A DNA stretch of 64,000 bases from Candidatus Caldarchaeales archaeon. GTDB lineage: Archaea > Thermoproteota > Nitrososphaeria_A > Caldarchaeales > Calditenuaceae. The translations under genes were made by a program, and so were the position numbers. Numbering within the stretch: the first letter of the stretch is position 1; each line of letters opens with the position of its first letter. Shown here in pieces: positions 1 through 10,090 of this stretch. Location of the stretch: assembly GCA_039630085.1 (NCBI GenBank), contig JBCNVM010000002.1:64001-128000 (forward strand), given 5' to 3'. The notes below the pieces were generated by a model, which saw only the letters and a program-made list of their open reading frames with translations, did no database searches and was not told where the DNA came from.

Positions 1-919
1 CGCCCGGAACTCCGATCACCGCGTAACCCTCCTTCAGCTCGTACCTTCTGCCCTCGATCGTCGCCGTGGCTCCCCTACGACCCATCACGAGGAGTCTCCT
101 CAGGCATCCGCACAAGGTCTCCGGGAAGACCTTCAGGTTCCCTCTCACGCTCACCTTCACGGTCCTCCCGCACCCGCAGGATAACCTGTCCGCTAGCAGC
201 TCGGAGGCCTCCATCAGGACCTTCGGGTCGTAGACGTCGATGGCGGCGTGTCCCACCGCGGGGAACTCGGGGAAGGGGTTCCAAGGTTCGAACATCGCTA
301 TCACGAGCGCGTCAACCCCGAGGGCCTCGCCGTTTACGTACACGGACGACAGCCTGCCTCGTCCCCTTATCCGCTCGACCCTGCCCCTCAGAACCGTGAC
401 CTCGTCGGGGACTCTCAACTCGGGGTCGTCCTTCGACGGGCCGGAGGGGTCTACTACGACGACTCCTATGACGTGCTCTAAGAGCTTGGATGCGAGCAGT
501 ACGCTGTACCTGTTCAGACCGTACAGGGCTACGTGCCTGCCCGGCACGAGCCCCTCCGTCAGGAGGTCCAGGACCGCGTGATAGGGGTACACACCAGAGG
601 GCCTGTCTCCGAAGATCCCCAGCTCAGCGGGCGTCAGGACCCTGAAACCGGTGGCCACCACGCAGCCCCTCAAGCCCTCGACTCCATCACTCGAGACGGC
701 CACTAATTCGCCTCTGACCCTAACGGCCGTCCTCTCGGTCTCGACCCTCACCTCCCGAGAGACCTCGTCCACTATGCTCATGGCCTCTGGGTCCGTCGCG
801 GAGATGCCGCCCAGCCTGCGCCTTGTCTCGATGACCCTCGCGTCGATCCCCCTCTCGAGCAGCTCCTTGGCGAGCGAGAGCCCAGCTAGTCCCGCCCCTA
901 TGACCGTTCTACCAGCCAA
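1..919 (-). CDS. FAD/NAD(P)-binding oxidoreductase, likely partner subunit of the glycerol-3-phosphate dehydrogenase-like enzyme (3' end outside window)
   Basis: Translated by hand from TTG at 919: MAGRTVIGAGLAGLSLAKELL (GxGxxG) ... CVVATGFR ... GIFGDRPSGVY; open to the window edge; overlaps the upstream gene's stop. Confidence 0.75.
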   Translation of the reverse strand, partial: MAGRTVIGAGLAGLSLAKELLERGIDARVIETRRRLGGISATDPEAMSIVDEVSREVRVETERTAVRVRGELVAVSSDGVEGLRGCVVATGFRVLTPAELGIFGDRPSGVYPYHAVLDLLTEGLVPGRHVALYGLNRYSVLLASKLLEHVIGVVVVDPSGPSKDDPELRVPDEVTVLRGRVERIRGRGRLSSVYVNGEALGVDALVIAMFEPWNPFPEFPAVGHAAIDVYDPKVLMEASELLADRLSCGCGRTVKVSVRGNLKVFPETLCGCLRRLLVMGRRGATATIEGRRYELKEGYAVIGVPG

Positions 920-2310
920 GAGCCCTCACTTCCCTTGACGAGGGCCTCTGGGTTGAGACCGGTCAACCTCAGCACCTCGATTATCGCCCTGCCTAAGCAG
1001 TGCTGACCCTGGCAGGACCCCATGCCCAGCCCCGTCCTGAACATCACACCATCGAGCGTCCTGGATCCCGCCCTGACCGCTTCCTCGATGTCAGCCAGGC
1101 TGACGGACATGCACGGACAGACGACGATGCCCCTCGGGCCCTTGACCGCGGTCGGGTCGACCTGAAGCAGCTCCCGGGTCTTACGCGGGAACTCGGGATC
1201 CCGGAGGCCGGTCTTCAGCTCGAGATCCAAGCCAGCTCTCTTGAGCATGTTCAGCACGATCACGGCGATGGCAGGTGCGGCCGTGAACCCCGGCGACTCG
1301 ACGCCCACTAGGTTCACGATCCTGAAGGTCTTAGGGGAGTAGGCGATGACGAAGTCGCCGCGGACGTGCGAGGGCCTTACGCCGGCGTACGCCTTGAGGA
1401 GCCTGCCCCTACTCCTGACGATCCCGCCGAATCTGGCAGTGAGCACCTCGACGTCCTCCGGGTAAACTCCCTTGTCGTCCCTCGAGCCCCCTCTGGCGAG
1501 GTTCGGCCCCCAGATGGTCCTGCCCCAGACCGTCGGTATTATCCCGCCGCCCTTGGTCTCCCCTCCGCGAACCAATTGGAGGGGCGCGACGACGCTCCTG
1601 ACCTGAAGCCCTTCGAAGACCAGCATCGCTCCCCTTTTCGTGACCAGTGACTCCTCGGCTCCGCTGAGGTTCGCTATCCTGTCGGACTCCAGACCCGCCG
1701 CATTGACGAGGAACTTCGACTTCACGGGACCCCGGTTGGTCCGTAGGACGACGCAGTCCGGCTCGATTTCTATTCCTACGACTTCTGTGTTGAAGAGGAA
1801 CTTCACGCCGCGACTCCTGGAGACATCGTGCAGCTTGTACACCAGATCGAAGGAATCGATGACGCCGTAGCCCGAGATCCTGATGGCGGCGTAACCTATC
1901 ACGTTGGGCTCCAGGGCCCTCAACTCGGCGCCGTTCACCACCGACACATCGAAACCTTTGGCTCCGTAGTAGAGCCTCAGGACCGCGTAGATGAGCGGCA
2001 TGATGAGGAGCTGCCCGAACGAGCGCGCCACTAGGAGCGCCGGAAGTCGCCAAAGTTTGACCTTCAGCTCTGCAGCTACCGCGTCGTACATCCTGTTGCC
2101 CTGCAGGCACAGCGCGCTCTTAGTGGACTTGAGGGGCAGCTGGACGACGTGCAGAACGCCCGCGTGTCCCTTCGAAACCCCGAACCCGGGCTCGGCCTCT
2201 TTCTCCACCATTACTACGTCGACGTCGTATTTTGACAAATGATAGGCTATGAAAAGCCCCACGACGCCGGCTCCGATTATCGCTACGTCGTGGGCCCGAT
2301 CACCCTTCAT
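898..2310 (-). CDS. FAD-dependent oxidoreductase with C-terminal BFD-like [2Fe-2S] domain (GlpA/LhgO family)
   Basis: IIGAGVVG, LVNAAGL, YAGVRP, ESPGFTAAPAIA; C-terminal CPC...RTGLGMGSCQGQHC. Confidence 0.85.
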   Translation of the reverse strand: MKGDRAHDVAIIGAGVVGLFIAYHLSKYDVDVVMVEKEAEPGFGVSKGHAGVLHVVQLPLKSTKSALCLQGNRMYDAVAAELKVKLWRLPALLVARSFGQLLIMPLIYAVLRLYYGAKGFDVSVVNGAELRALEPNVIGYAAIRISGYGVIDSFDLVYKLHDVSRSRGVKFLFNTEVVGIEIEPDCVVLRTNRGPVKSKFLVNAAGLESDRIANLSGAEESLVTKRGAMLVFEGLQVRSVVAPLQLVRGGETKGGGIIPTVWGRTIWGPNLARGGSRDDKGVYPEDVEVLTARFGGIVRSRGRLLKAYAGVRPSHVRGDFVIAYSPKTFRIVNLVGVESPGFTAAPAIAVIVLNMLKRAGLDLELKTGLRDPEFPRKTRELLQVDPTAVKGPRGIVVCPCMSVSLADIEEAVRAGSRTLDGVMFRTGLGMGSCQGQHCLGRAIIEVLRLTGLNPEALVKGSEGSWLVERS

Positions 2311-4006
2311 GAACTCCACACCCTCCACGGAGCCGATAGTTCAGCCACCTCGAAGCGAAGAGCGCTACACCAGCGACCGCCATCAGAGGTGTTCCGAAGA
2401 ACCCCGCGAAGGCGGATCTCATCAGCGCGTTGAAGAAGAACAGCGCGTCGTTCATGTCCGGAAACGGGAACCTGAAGCTGACGCCGTAATCGACGTAGAA
2501 CGGCAACGCGTAAGCCAGGCTGACGAGTATCACGGACAGCGCCGTGAAGACGACGGTCACTAGAACCCTCAGCAGGCCCTTCCTAGAGGGCGCGAACCCG
2601 ACCGTCCCGATGAGGGGGCCCGCGACCAGAGCTCCGACGATTACGCTCGCCTGGATCCTGCCCATCAGCCATTCGAACGATACTACCTCCGAGAGACTGA
2701 AGGGGCCGTCGTTCAACGCGTAGGATGTCCAGAACGAAATCTCGTACGCCAGCAGTCCCGCGATCAGCGGAATCAAGTGCCTCCGCAAACCTCTGACTAA
2801 GGTGACTCTGAACGCGAGTCCTGCCGCCCCGACTGCGAAGGAAGTCGCCGCGGCGGCCAGGGCTAACCTCAGGGTCCCGCCCTCCCTCCTCAGCTCCTTC
2901 GTCACCAGGTCGTATCGGCTCAAAGGGTCCGACGTTGGATCAGTCCTGAGGCCGGCCGCCTCGCTCAACGCTCCGACAACCCTCTGCCCCTGTTCGACCG
3001 ATGCTCTCCGGTAACGCTCGACGGAATCACTGGGGAGGGCGAGGCCTCCGTCCAGCACGGTGCCCATGGAGTTCGCGGGGATCCTCCACCCCATTATCAT
3101 CGATACCGTGGGAGCGATGTCGTTGTGCGTGAACGCCGCTTCGTAGACTCCGGGCTTCACGACAGGTCCCAGCAACAGCAAGAAGACCCTCCTCACCTCG
3201 CGCTCGGGTCCTCCGTGATACGCTCCTCTCTTGAACCCGTGATCGTTTAAGATGACTATCAACGTGTCGTCGCTCAGGCCGTCCTTTCTCAAGGACTCCA
3301 AGAAGTTCAAGGTCAACTGGATCGCGTTCACTGCGGTCGCGTTGTACTCCTCTCCGGGAAAACCTGCGTTGTGTCCCATTATGTCTACGTCGTTTACCCC
3401 GATCCACAGGAAGGCCCTGTAACCCATATTGACGTGCTTCTTGAATAGCTCGTAGCCTTCGCTCATGGAGAGGGCGCCGTGCCCTCCGCCCTCAGCGACA
3501 CTGACGCACTCGTCGATGAGGGGCGAAAACAGGGTCCTGAAGGATTCGTCGCCGCTACAGAGGATCTTGTATCCCGAGTCCTTGGCGACCTTGACTAGGC
3601 TGTCGACCTCAAGGGGCCTCTTGAAGTCGTTCGAGGACGCTTCGTTCACCTCCGGAGGTGCTCCCGTGAGCACGGAAGCCCTTGCGGGCAGGGAGTAAGT
3701 GGGCAAGTTCGACAGGCCGTTCGGGTAGAACGCGCCGAGGGACAGAAGAGCGGCTACGTGTTCGTGCTCGCGACTCAGGTCGTTCAGGACCCTGACGTCT
3801 AAGCCGTCGAGAAGTATGAAGACGACGTGCTTCACCGCGGCCCTACCCGAAACCTTTACGCGATCGACCTCGATCAGGACGTCTAGGTATGGATTCTCGT
3901 AATTGATCCAGCCTCTGTAGGCGCTGAGGGCCGTGGAGGCCGCAGCATACGAGAGAGCCAGAACGAGGACGAGGGCGATCGCGACAGACGCGTAGAATAG
4001 CTTCAA
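2300..4006 (-). CDS. Membrane-anchored alkaline phosphatase-superfamily protein (phosphodiesterase / phosphoethanolamine transferase-like)
   Basis: N-terminal TM; FILLDGL, PTYSLP nucleophile loop, DIMGH, NDHG..YHGG; about 5 C-terminal TM helices; start uncertain (TTG 4006 or ATG 4042). Confidence 0.8.
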   Translation of the reverse strand: MKLFYASVAIALVLVLALSYAAASTALSAYRGWINYENPYLDVLIEVDRVKVSGRAAVKHVVFILLDGLDVRVLNDLSREHEHVAALLSLGAFYPNGLSNLPTYSLPARASVLTGAPPEVNEASSNDFKRPLEVDSLVKVAKDSGYKILCSGDESFRTLFSPLIDECVSVAEGGGHGALSMSEGYELFKKHVNMGYRAFLWIGVNDVDIMGHNAGFPGEEYNATAVNAIQLTLNFLESLRKDGLSDDTLIVILNDHGFKRGAYHGGPEREVRRVFLLLLGPVVKPGVYEAAFTHNDIAPTVSMIMGWRIPANSMGTVLDGGLALPSDSVERYRRASVEQGQRVVGALSEAAGLRTDPTSDPLSRYDLVTKELRREGGTLRLALAAAATSFAVGAAGLAFRVTLVRGLRRHLIPLIAGLLAYEISFWTSYALNDGPFSLSEVVSFEWLMGRIQASVIVGALVAGPLIGTVGFAPSRKGLLRVLVTVVFTALSVILVSLAYALPFYVDYGVSFRFPFPDMNDALFFFNALMRSAFAGFFGTPLMAVAGVALFASRWLNYRLRGGCGVHEG

Positions 4007-4224
4007 GGGGCACCCACAAAAATAAAATGGGCTGAACGCCATTTAAGGGTTGAAGCCCCCTTTAACGAGAGTCGGAGCCGACCGAGCAGGCTTGTCGAGG
4101 AACGTCATTCGGTCGCAGTTAATCTTATCTCACGTCGTTCTCCGAAGCCACTGGCTCGCTGATCGAACGCGCGGGCAGTCCGCACGCCCCGTAGCGGCAA
4201 CGGGTCGCATGTTCACGGTGGCGA

Positions 4225-5877
4225 TCACGGCCACAGTATGAAGCGTCGCAGCAGGTAAGTCATGACGCCGGCCACCAACGCGGCGATCAGGTTGCCGGTC
4301 ATCTGGAACTGACCGTACGCTACTCCCAAGAGCAGGTACCACGCGATCAGGGGCCCGAGGAGGATCCTCTCGCCGAACTCGATCAGGAGCATTAGGAACG
4401 TGCTGAGGCCCGAGACCAACAGGAGAGCCTTGACGGGCCACTGCCTCGCGAACGGTATCCACGGCCAGAGCGTGACGATCGGTGCGAGGAGGACCACGGT
4501 CCCGAACCTGTTGTGGAGGAGCGAGGCGACTGCTGCGACTGAGAGCGCGACCATCGGGGGGAACGGGTGCGCGCGTCCCCTAGGACGGAAGAGGACCGCG
4601 GCCGCGACTGGAGGAGCGACGAAAAGGGCGAAGAGCAGCGGGTCAGGCGAGTAGAGGTAGGGATGCCGCGGCGGGGGAGGGTAGGTGTCGTACCTCGATA
4701 TGAGGCCGAGGGCAGGCGAGGCCGAGACGAGCGAGAAGGAGGCGGCGAAGGAGGTCGCGTAGACGCTGAGCTCGAGGAACGCGCCCTTGACCTCCCTCCT
4801 CTCCCGGAGCGACGCCGCGTGGACGACGACCGGTATCGCGAGGACCGCGGGAGCGATGTAAGTCACCAGACCCGGCGCGTACTGTCCGTCCAGAGCGAGG
4901 TAATCGTCGTCGTAGGGAGATATACGACCGGCTTCGTCGAGGCTCTTGAGCAGCGCGTAGACGAAGCGGCCGTAAGCCTCGAAGGAATTGACCCTCATGT
5001 TCTCCATCGTGTCCCTTGGCGTGTGGTAGACCTCCCTCGCGAGCTCAGGAGCGTCTCCCCTGCTCGAGACCTCGATCGCAGGTATCCCCCTCGCTATGAT
5101 TGGTCCTTGATCCGTGAAGGAGATGTCGACCGCCCTGTAGATGTATTCCCAGAGGCCGCTCGGATCCTCGACGCGGACGCCCAAGCGGTCGCCCACGTCC
5201 CTGCAGAGCCTCCTGAGCCAGAGCGGGGCGTACCCGGAGAACTGGCCCATCGACTCGAGGTAGATCGAAGTCAGGTTGCCCACGGTGAGGTCCTCGGCTA
5301 CCACCACCGCCCTGATCGGCGGGCCCTCGTACCGCTCGACGAAGTGCCTCGCTCCCTGCATCCCCCACTCCTCCGAGTCGACGAAGGCGAAGACGATCTC
5401 GCGCCTGTTGGGGACTTCCCTCATCGACCGCGCCAGCTCGAGAAGGACTCCGACGTGTCCGGCCGTGTCGCTCGCGGCCTGATGACTCGTGGGGGCCATG
5501 TCGTAGTTCGCGAGGACGACGACCGCCTCGGGAACGCTGCCCCTGAGCGACGCATAGACGTTCCTCCCCTTCCTGGGTTGCCCGATGACCACCTCGAACT
5601 CCTGGACCTTGACCTCGTAGCCCATCTCGCGCAGTCGGTCGCCGATCCAGTTGGACGCCTGAAGGGCGCCCTCGCTGCCGGTGGGCCTGTACGGGAAGCG
5701 GGTCGCGAGCTCGGCGGCGTACTCGTAGGCCCTAGTCGCGTTGAACCCGATCTCCGGGACGACGGCCTCGACCTCCGGCACGACCGGTTCCGAGACGAGG
5801 TGCAGCAGCAGGAAGGCCGCGACGCAGGACGCGTACACGGCCGCTAGGGCCTTACTGCCCCTCAACGCCGACGCCAA
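4225..5877 (-). CDS. M28-family peptidase-like protein with N-terminal TM and multi-pass C-terminal membrane domain
   Basis: RPTGSEG, GRNVYA, ANYD, ASDTAG, SEEWG, YHTPRDT; hydrophobic C-terminal third. Confidence 0.85.
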   Translation of the reverse strand: MASALRGSKALAAVYASCVAAFLLLHLVSEPVVPEVEAVVPEIGFNATRAYEYAAELATRFPYRPTGSEGALQASNWIGDRLREMGYEVKVQEFEVVIGQPRKGRNVYASLRGSVPEAVVVLANYDMAPTSHQAASDTAGHVGVLLELARSMREVPNRREIVFAFVDSEEWGMQGARHFVERYEGPPIRAVVVAEDLTVGNLTSIYLESMGQFSGYAPLWLRRLCRDVGDRLGVRVEDPSGLWEYIYRAVDISFTDQGPIIARGIPAIEVSSRGDAPELAREVYHTPRDTMENMRVNSFEAYGRFVYALLKSLDEAGRISPYDDDYLALDGQYAPGLVTYIAPAVLAIPVVVHAASLRERREVKGAFLELSVYATSFAASFSLVSASPALGLISRYDTYPPPPRHPYLYSPDPLLFALFVAPPVAAAVLFRPRGRAHPFPPMVALSVAAVASLLHNRFGTVVLLAPIVTLWPWIPFARQWPVKALLLVSGLSTFLMLLIEFGERILLGPLIAWYLLLGVAYGQFQMTGNLIAALVAGVMTYLLRRFILWP

Positions 5878-6931
5878 GACCTCTGAGCCCCTCCAGGAAC
5901 GACAGGGGATCGATGACGGCCTCCGGCGGAAGCACGCCCCTCTCCGACACCTCGCCCTTCAGGATCAGGCGGGCGCCGAGAGCGGCTGGCGCGGCCGTCA
6001 ACTTCCTCATCCTGTTCACCGAGCAGTAGCTAACTCGCCTCTCGCCCCTCACGGCCTCTACCCTCACGCCGCTGAGCGCAGGTCCTCCGACCCTGAAGAC
6101 GCCCTCGACCCTGTGGACCGCCCTCGAGAGCCGCTCGAGCCTCTCCTCGGTCGAGGTCAGCCCCATTCCGACCAGCGCCCTGAGCAGGCCGTTCTGCCAC
6201 GCGGGGACGAGGCCTCCTCTCACGGTCACGTTCCTGGAGACCTTGAGGTGCTTGGATATTGTGAGCGGCTCCGGGTGGCCCACGTAGTACAGCTTCAGCT
6301 TCCCCACGCCGGGGAACTCGAAGACGGCCGGCGACGTGCCCGCCTTCACCTTGGTCAGCCTGCCCTCGAGGTACATCGGGACCTCGCCCGTGACGGCGTG
6401 GAACAGGTGCATGACGACCGCAAGCCCCTTCGAGTCCGCGGCCGACCCGAACCAACTGATGCTCACCTCGTCGACCTCTCCTCCCAGCTCCTCGCAGCAC
6501 TTCTTCGCTAGGATGTTAGAGAGTCCGGGCGTCCATCCGAGCCCCGTGACGAAGGTGACTTCCTTCTCGACGGCCCGTCGATGCAGTTCGAGGATCCTCT
6601 CGGCGGCGTCGTGGTCGTCGCAGACGTCGACCGCGTCGATCCCCAGCTCGATCAGGGCCGAGGCAACGACGTGACCGTGCCTGTAGAACGGCCCCACGGC
6701 GTTAACGACGACATCGTACCTCCTCGCTGCGGCCATGTCTTCCTTCGAGGTGACATCGACCTTAACGACCCCGACATCTCCAAAGTGTTTCAGGGAGCGA
6801 GCGACCCCAAGCGCCCTCTGGACGTTCAGGTCGCCGATGTCGACCTCTGCGCCCAGCTTGACCAGCTCCTCGACTATCGCGCTCCCTATGTCACCGGCTC
6901 CGCCTAGCACCAGGACGCGCCCGGCCCTCAT
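5852..6931 (-). CDS. Saccharopine dehydrogenase-like NAD(P)-dependent oxidoreductase
   Basis: VLGGAGDIG, VVNAVGPFY, GLGWTPGLSN, GHPEP, GVLPPE. Confidence 0.85.
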   Translation of the reverse strand: MRAGRVLVLGGAGDIGSAIVEELVKLGAEVDIGDLNVQRALGVARSLKHFGDVGVVKVDVTSKEDMAAARRYDVVVNAVGPFYRHGHVVASALIELGIDAVDVCDDHDAAERILELHRRAVEKEVTFVTGLGWTPGLSNILAKKCCEELGGEVDEVSISWFGSAADSKGLAVVMHLFHAVTGEVPMYLEGRLTKVKAGTSPAVFEFPGVGKLKLYYVGHPEPLTISKHLKVSRNVTVRGGLVPAWQNGLLRALVGMGLTSTEERLERLSRAVHRVEGVFRVGGPALSGVRVEAVRGERRVSYCSVNRMRKLTAAPAALGARLILKGEVSERGVLPPEAVIDPLSFLEGLRGLGVGVEGQ

Positions 6932-8025
6932 AGCGAAACACTGCTGAGGGCCTTCGGGAGCCTGGTCGTGTTCTCGTAACCTGAGGATCCCAGAACTACG
7001 TCGTCCTCCAGCCTCACCCCGAACTTCCCTGGCAAGTATATTCCGGGCTCGATCGTGAATATCATGCCAGGCTCCAGCGGAGACCTGTTGCCCTCGACTA
7101 TGTCCGGTGCCTCGTGGACCTCTACACCTAGCCCGTGGCCGGTGCGGTGTATGAAGAACGACGCGAAGCCCTCCCGTGCTATGACCGATCTCGCTGCTCT
7201 GTCGACCTCCTCAGCCGGAATTCCCGTTGCCACGGCGTCCAGGGCCCGCTGTTGTGACTCCAGCACGACGTTGAAGACGCGCTCCTGCTCCGGGCCGGGG
7301 TTTCCGACCACAAGGGTTCTCGTGAAGTCCGCGTAGTAACCCCTGTAGCAGACCGAGGCGTCGAAGACTACCACGTCGCCCTCGCGGATCGTCCTCGACG
7401 TGGGCTCGAGGTGAGGGTTCGCGCTGTTCGGTCCGGACTGGATCAGGCAGTAAGCGCTCTCGGCGCCGAGGTCGTGGCAGAGCCGGTGGAACTTGCTCAT
7501 CGCATCCCTCTCGGTCGTCCCGTGCTTGAGCTCCGCCATCGTCTGAAGCATCGCCTCCTCTAAGACGCGAGCGGCCATCGCGTGCCTGACCACCTCGTCG
7601 GGGTCCTTCCGAACCCTCATGCCGACGACGACGCGGTCGACCTCCTCGAACCTCAGCCCCGGAGCCCTCTGCGCGAGGGCCCTGTAGAGCCCCACCGGGA
7701 GCCTCCTCTCTACGCCGACGACCCCTGAGAGGCCTGAGAACAGTCTCTCCACCAGACCCCAGGGGCCGGTCTCGTCGCCGTAGGAGAGGACCTCGCAGTA
7801 GCGCCCTATCGCCTCCTCGACCCTGTCCCTGTCGAGCTTAGGAACGACCATCGCCGGCTCCCGGTCGAACCCGATCAAGAGGAACGCGGGCCTCTCGAAG
7901 ACCTCCAGCGTGAAGTCGATGAGATACCTCATGTTGGGGCCGGGCACGATTACCGCGCCTTCGAACCCGGAAGCCCTGCAGAGCTCGAGGAACCTCTTCA
8001 GCCTGGACTCGACGCGAACCGGCAT
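6928..8025 (-). CDS. pepQ: Xaa-Pro peptidase (M24B)
   Basis: SANPH, YYADFTRT, HRTGHGLGVEVHEAP, TIEPGIY, GVRLEDD. Confidence 0.92.
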   Translation of the reverse strand: MPVRVESRLKRFLELCRASGFEGAVIVPGPNMRYLIDFTLEVFERPAFLLIGFDREPAMVVPKLDRDRVEEAIGRYCEVLSYGDETGPWGLVERLFSGLSGVVGVERRLPVGLYRALAQRAPGLRFEEVDRVVVGMRVRKDPDEVVRHAMAARVLEEAMLQTMAELKHGTTERDAMSKFHRLCHDLGAESAYCLIQSGPNSANPHLEPTSRTIREGDVVVFDASVCYRGYYADFTRTLVVGNPGPEQERVFNVVLESQQRALDAVATGIPAEEVDRAARSVIAREGFASFFIHRTGHGLGVEVHEAPDIVEGNRSPLEPGMIFTIEPGIYLPGKFGVRLEDDVVLGSSGYENTTRLPKALSSVSL

Positions 8026-8163
8026 ACCGGACGGCCGCGGGGGCTGGACTTAAGTCGAGAGGTCTCAACGTCGATCGGAGCGCGTCGTGGCGCTCTTCCG
8101 GCCTCAGCGGACGCGGGAAGAAGCCGGAAAGTCAAAATACGGAACGGCATCGCTCAACGGAGG

Positions 8164-9132
8164 ATGGACGCGGAGCCGCTCCTCGCGGTGCGGGGCCTGA
8201 AGACCTACTTCTACACCTCGATGGGCGTCGTGAGGGCCGTCGACGGCGTCAGCCTGAGGGTGAGGAGAGGGTCCGCCGTCGGGATCATCGGGGAGTCAGG
8301 CTCGGGGAAGACGATGACCGGGCTCTCAATTCTCAGGCTCGTGCCCTTCCCCGGCCGCATAGTCGCGGGCGAGGTCCTCCTCGACGGGGTGGACCTGCTC
8401 AAGCTCAGCGAGGATGAGATGAGGAGGATAAGGGGGAAGAGGATCTCGATCGTATTCCAGGACGCGCTCACCAGCCTGAACCCGGTGCTGACGGTCGGCG
8501 AGCAGCTGGCCGAGCCCCTGATGACCCACCTAGGCCTCAGCAAGAAGGAGGCCTACGATCGGGCCGCGGAGATACTCCAGAGGGTCGGCATACCCGATGC
8601 GAGCAGGAGGCTCACCAACTACCCTCACCAGTTCAGCGGCGGCATGAGGCAGCGCGTCCTGATAGGCATGGCGATCTCCTGCAACCCGGAGCTCCTGATC
8701 GCGGACGAGCCCACGACGGCCCTCGACGTGACGACCCAGAAGCAGATCATGGACCTCTTCAGGGAGCTGATGGCTAGGATGAACATGACGCTCCTGCTGA
8801 TCACCCACGACATAGGGGTGGCCGCCGAGATGTGCGATTACGTCTACGTGATGTACGCCGGCCAGATCGTCGAGGGCGGACCGACGGAGCGGATCATCTC
8901 GGACCCGAAGCACCCGTACACGAGAGGGCTGATAGAGTCGATACCGAGGGGCTTCAAGACTGAGACGCGGGTCAAGCCGATCGGGGGGACCGTGCCCTCG
9001 CTCCTCGACCTCCCTCCGGGGTGCAGGTTCCATCCCCGATGTCCTCTGGCGACGGAGAGGTGCGTGAGAGAGGAGCCCAATCTCATCGAGCTCGGTGACG
9101 GGAGGAGCGTGAGGTGTCTCCTGTATGATTGA
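8164..9132 (+). CDS. Peptide/nickel ABC transporter ATPase (OppD/DppD)
   Basis: GESGSGKT, YPHQFSGGMRQR, ADEPTTALD, C-terminal GCRFHPRC. Confidence 0.95.
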   Translation: MDAEPLLAVRGLKTYFYTSMGVVRAVDGVSLRVRRGSAVGIIGESGSGKTMTGLSILRLVPFPGRIVAGEVLLDGVDLLKLSEDEMRRIRGKRISIVFQDALTSLNPVLTVGEQLAEPLMTHLGLSKKEAYDRAAEILQRVGIPDASRRLTNYPHQFSGGMRQRVLIGMAISCNPELLIADEPTTALDVTTQKQIMDLFRELMARMNMTLLLITHDIGVAAEMCDYVYVMYAGQIVEGGPTERIISDPKHPYTRGLIESIPRGFKTETRVKPIGGTVPSLLDLPPGCRFHPRCPLATERCVREEPNLIELGDGRSVRCLLYD

Positions 9133-10090
9133 AGGCGAGTTCCTGATCAGATTGGAGGACGTGAGGAAGTACTTCCCCGTCTACAGGGGGATCCTCAGGC
9201 GGAAGGTCGGCGAGGTGAAGGCCGTCGATGGAGTCTCGCTGGGGGTGAGGGCAGGTGAGGTCTTCTGCGTCGTCGGGGAGTCGGGGAGCGGGAAGACGAC
9301 CCTAGGGAGGATCGCCTGCGGTCTCATCGAGCCGGACGGCGGTGCGGTCTACCTCTGGGACACTCCACTGAGCGAGCTGAACGGCCGGAACGCGGCTCAC
9401 GTCAGGAGGCGGCTCCAGATCGTCTTCCAAGATCCCGACTCGTCCCTGAATCCTAGGATGACCGTCGAGGCGACCCTCCGGGAGGCCCTAAGGGCCGCGG
9501 GGAAGGCCGGCACCCGCGCCGAGGCCCTCGAGCTCCTCCACATGGTGGGCATGAGGGCTGAGCACCTCGTCCGGTACCCGCACGAGCTCAGCGGCGGCCA
9601 GAAGCAGAGGGTCTGCATCGCCAGGGCTCTGGCGGTCGATCCGGTCTTCATGGTGGCCGACGAGCCCGTCTCCTCGCTCGACGTCTCGATCAGGACTTCT
9701 ATCCTGAACCTGATGCTGGACCTCCAGAGGAGGCTGAACCTCACGTACCTCTTCATCTCGCACGACATGGCCGTGACGAAGTACGTCGCGGACAGCGTCG
9801 CGGTGATGTACTTGGGGAAGATCTGCGAGATGGCTCCGGCGGGCGCGTTCTTCGGCAACCCGCTCCACCCGTACTCGAGGGCGCTGCTCTCTTCTGTCCC
9901 GCAGTTCTATGACCTCTGGTCCGGAGAGCCGGTGAAGCTCGTGGGAGATCCTCCGTCCGCAATGAACCCGCCGCAGGGTTGCAGGTTCCACACGCGCTGC
10001 CCATACGCTTTCGAGAGGTGTAGGGTCGAGGAGCCGAAGTTGATCGAGGCCGCTCCCAACCACTTCGTCGCGTGTCACCTCTACGGCTAG
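9125..10090 (+). CDS. Peptide/nickel ABC transporter ATPase (OppF/DppF)
   Basis: GESGSGKT, YPHELSGGQKQR, DEPVSSLD, GCRFHTRC. Confidence 0.95.
   Translation: MIEGEFLIRLEDVRKYFPVYRGILRRKVGEVKAVDGVSLGVRAGEVFCVVGESGSGKTTLGRIACGLIEPDGGAVYLWDTPLSELNGRNAAHVRRRLQIVFQDPDSSLNPRMTVEATLREALRAAGKAGTRAEALELLHMVGMRAEHLVRYPHELSGGQKQRVCIARALAVDPVFMVADEPVSSLDVSIRTSILNLMLDLQRRLNLTYLFISHDMAVTKYVADSVAVMYLGKICEMAPAGAFFGNPLHPYSRALLSSVPQFYDLWSGEPVKLVGDPPSAMNPPQGCRFHTRCPYAFERCRVEEPKLIEAAPNHFVACHLYG

Noticed and set aside
4567-5847. Long antisense or alternate-frame ORFs (e.g. 4567-5847, 21095-22612, 26472-27434, 62725-63753)
   Set aside because: Shadow ORFs expected at high GC; Arg/Gly/Pro-rich, no motifs, overlapping well-supported genes
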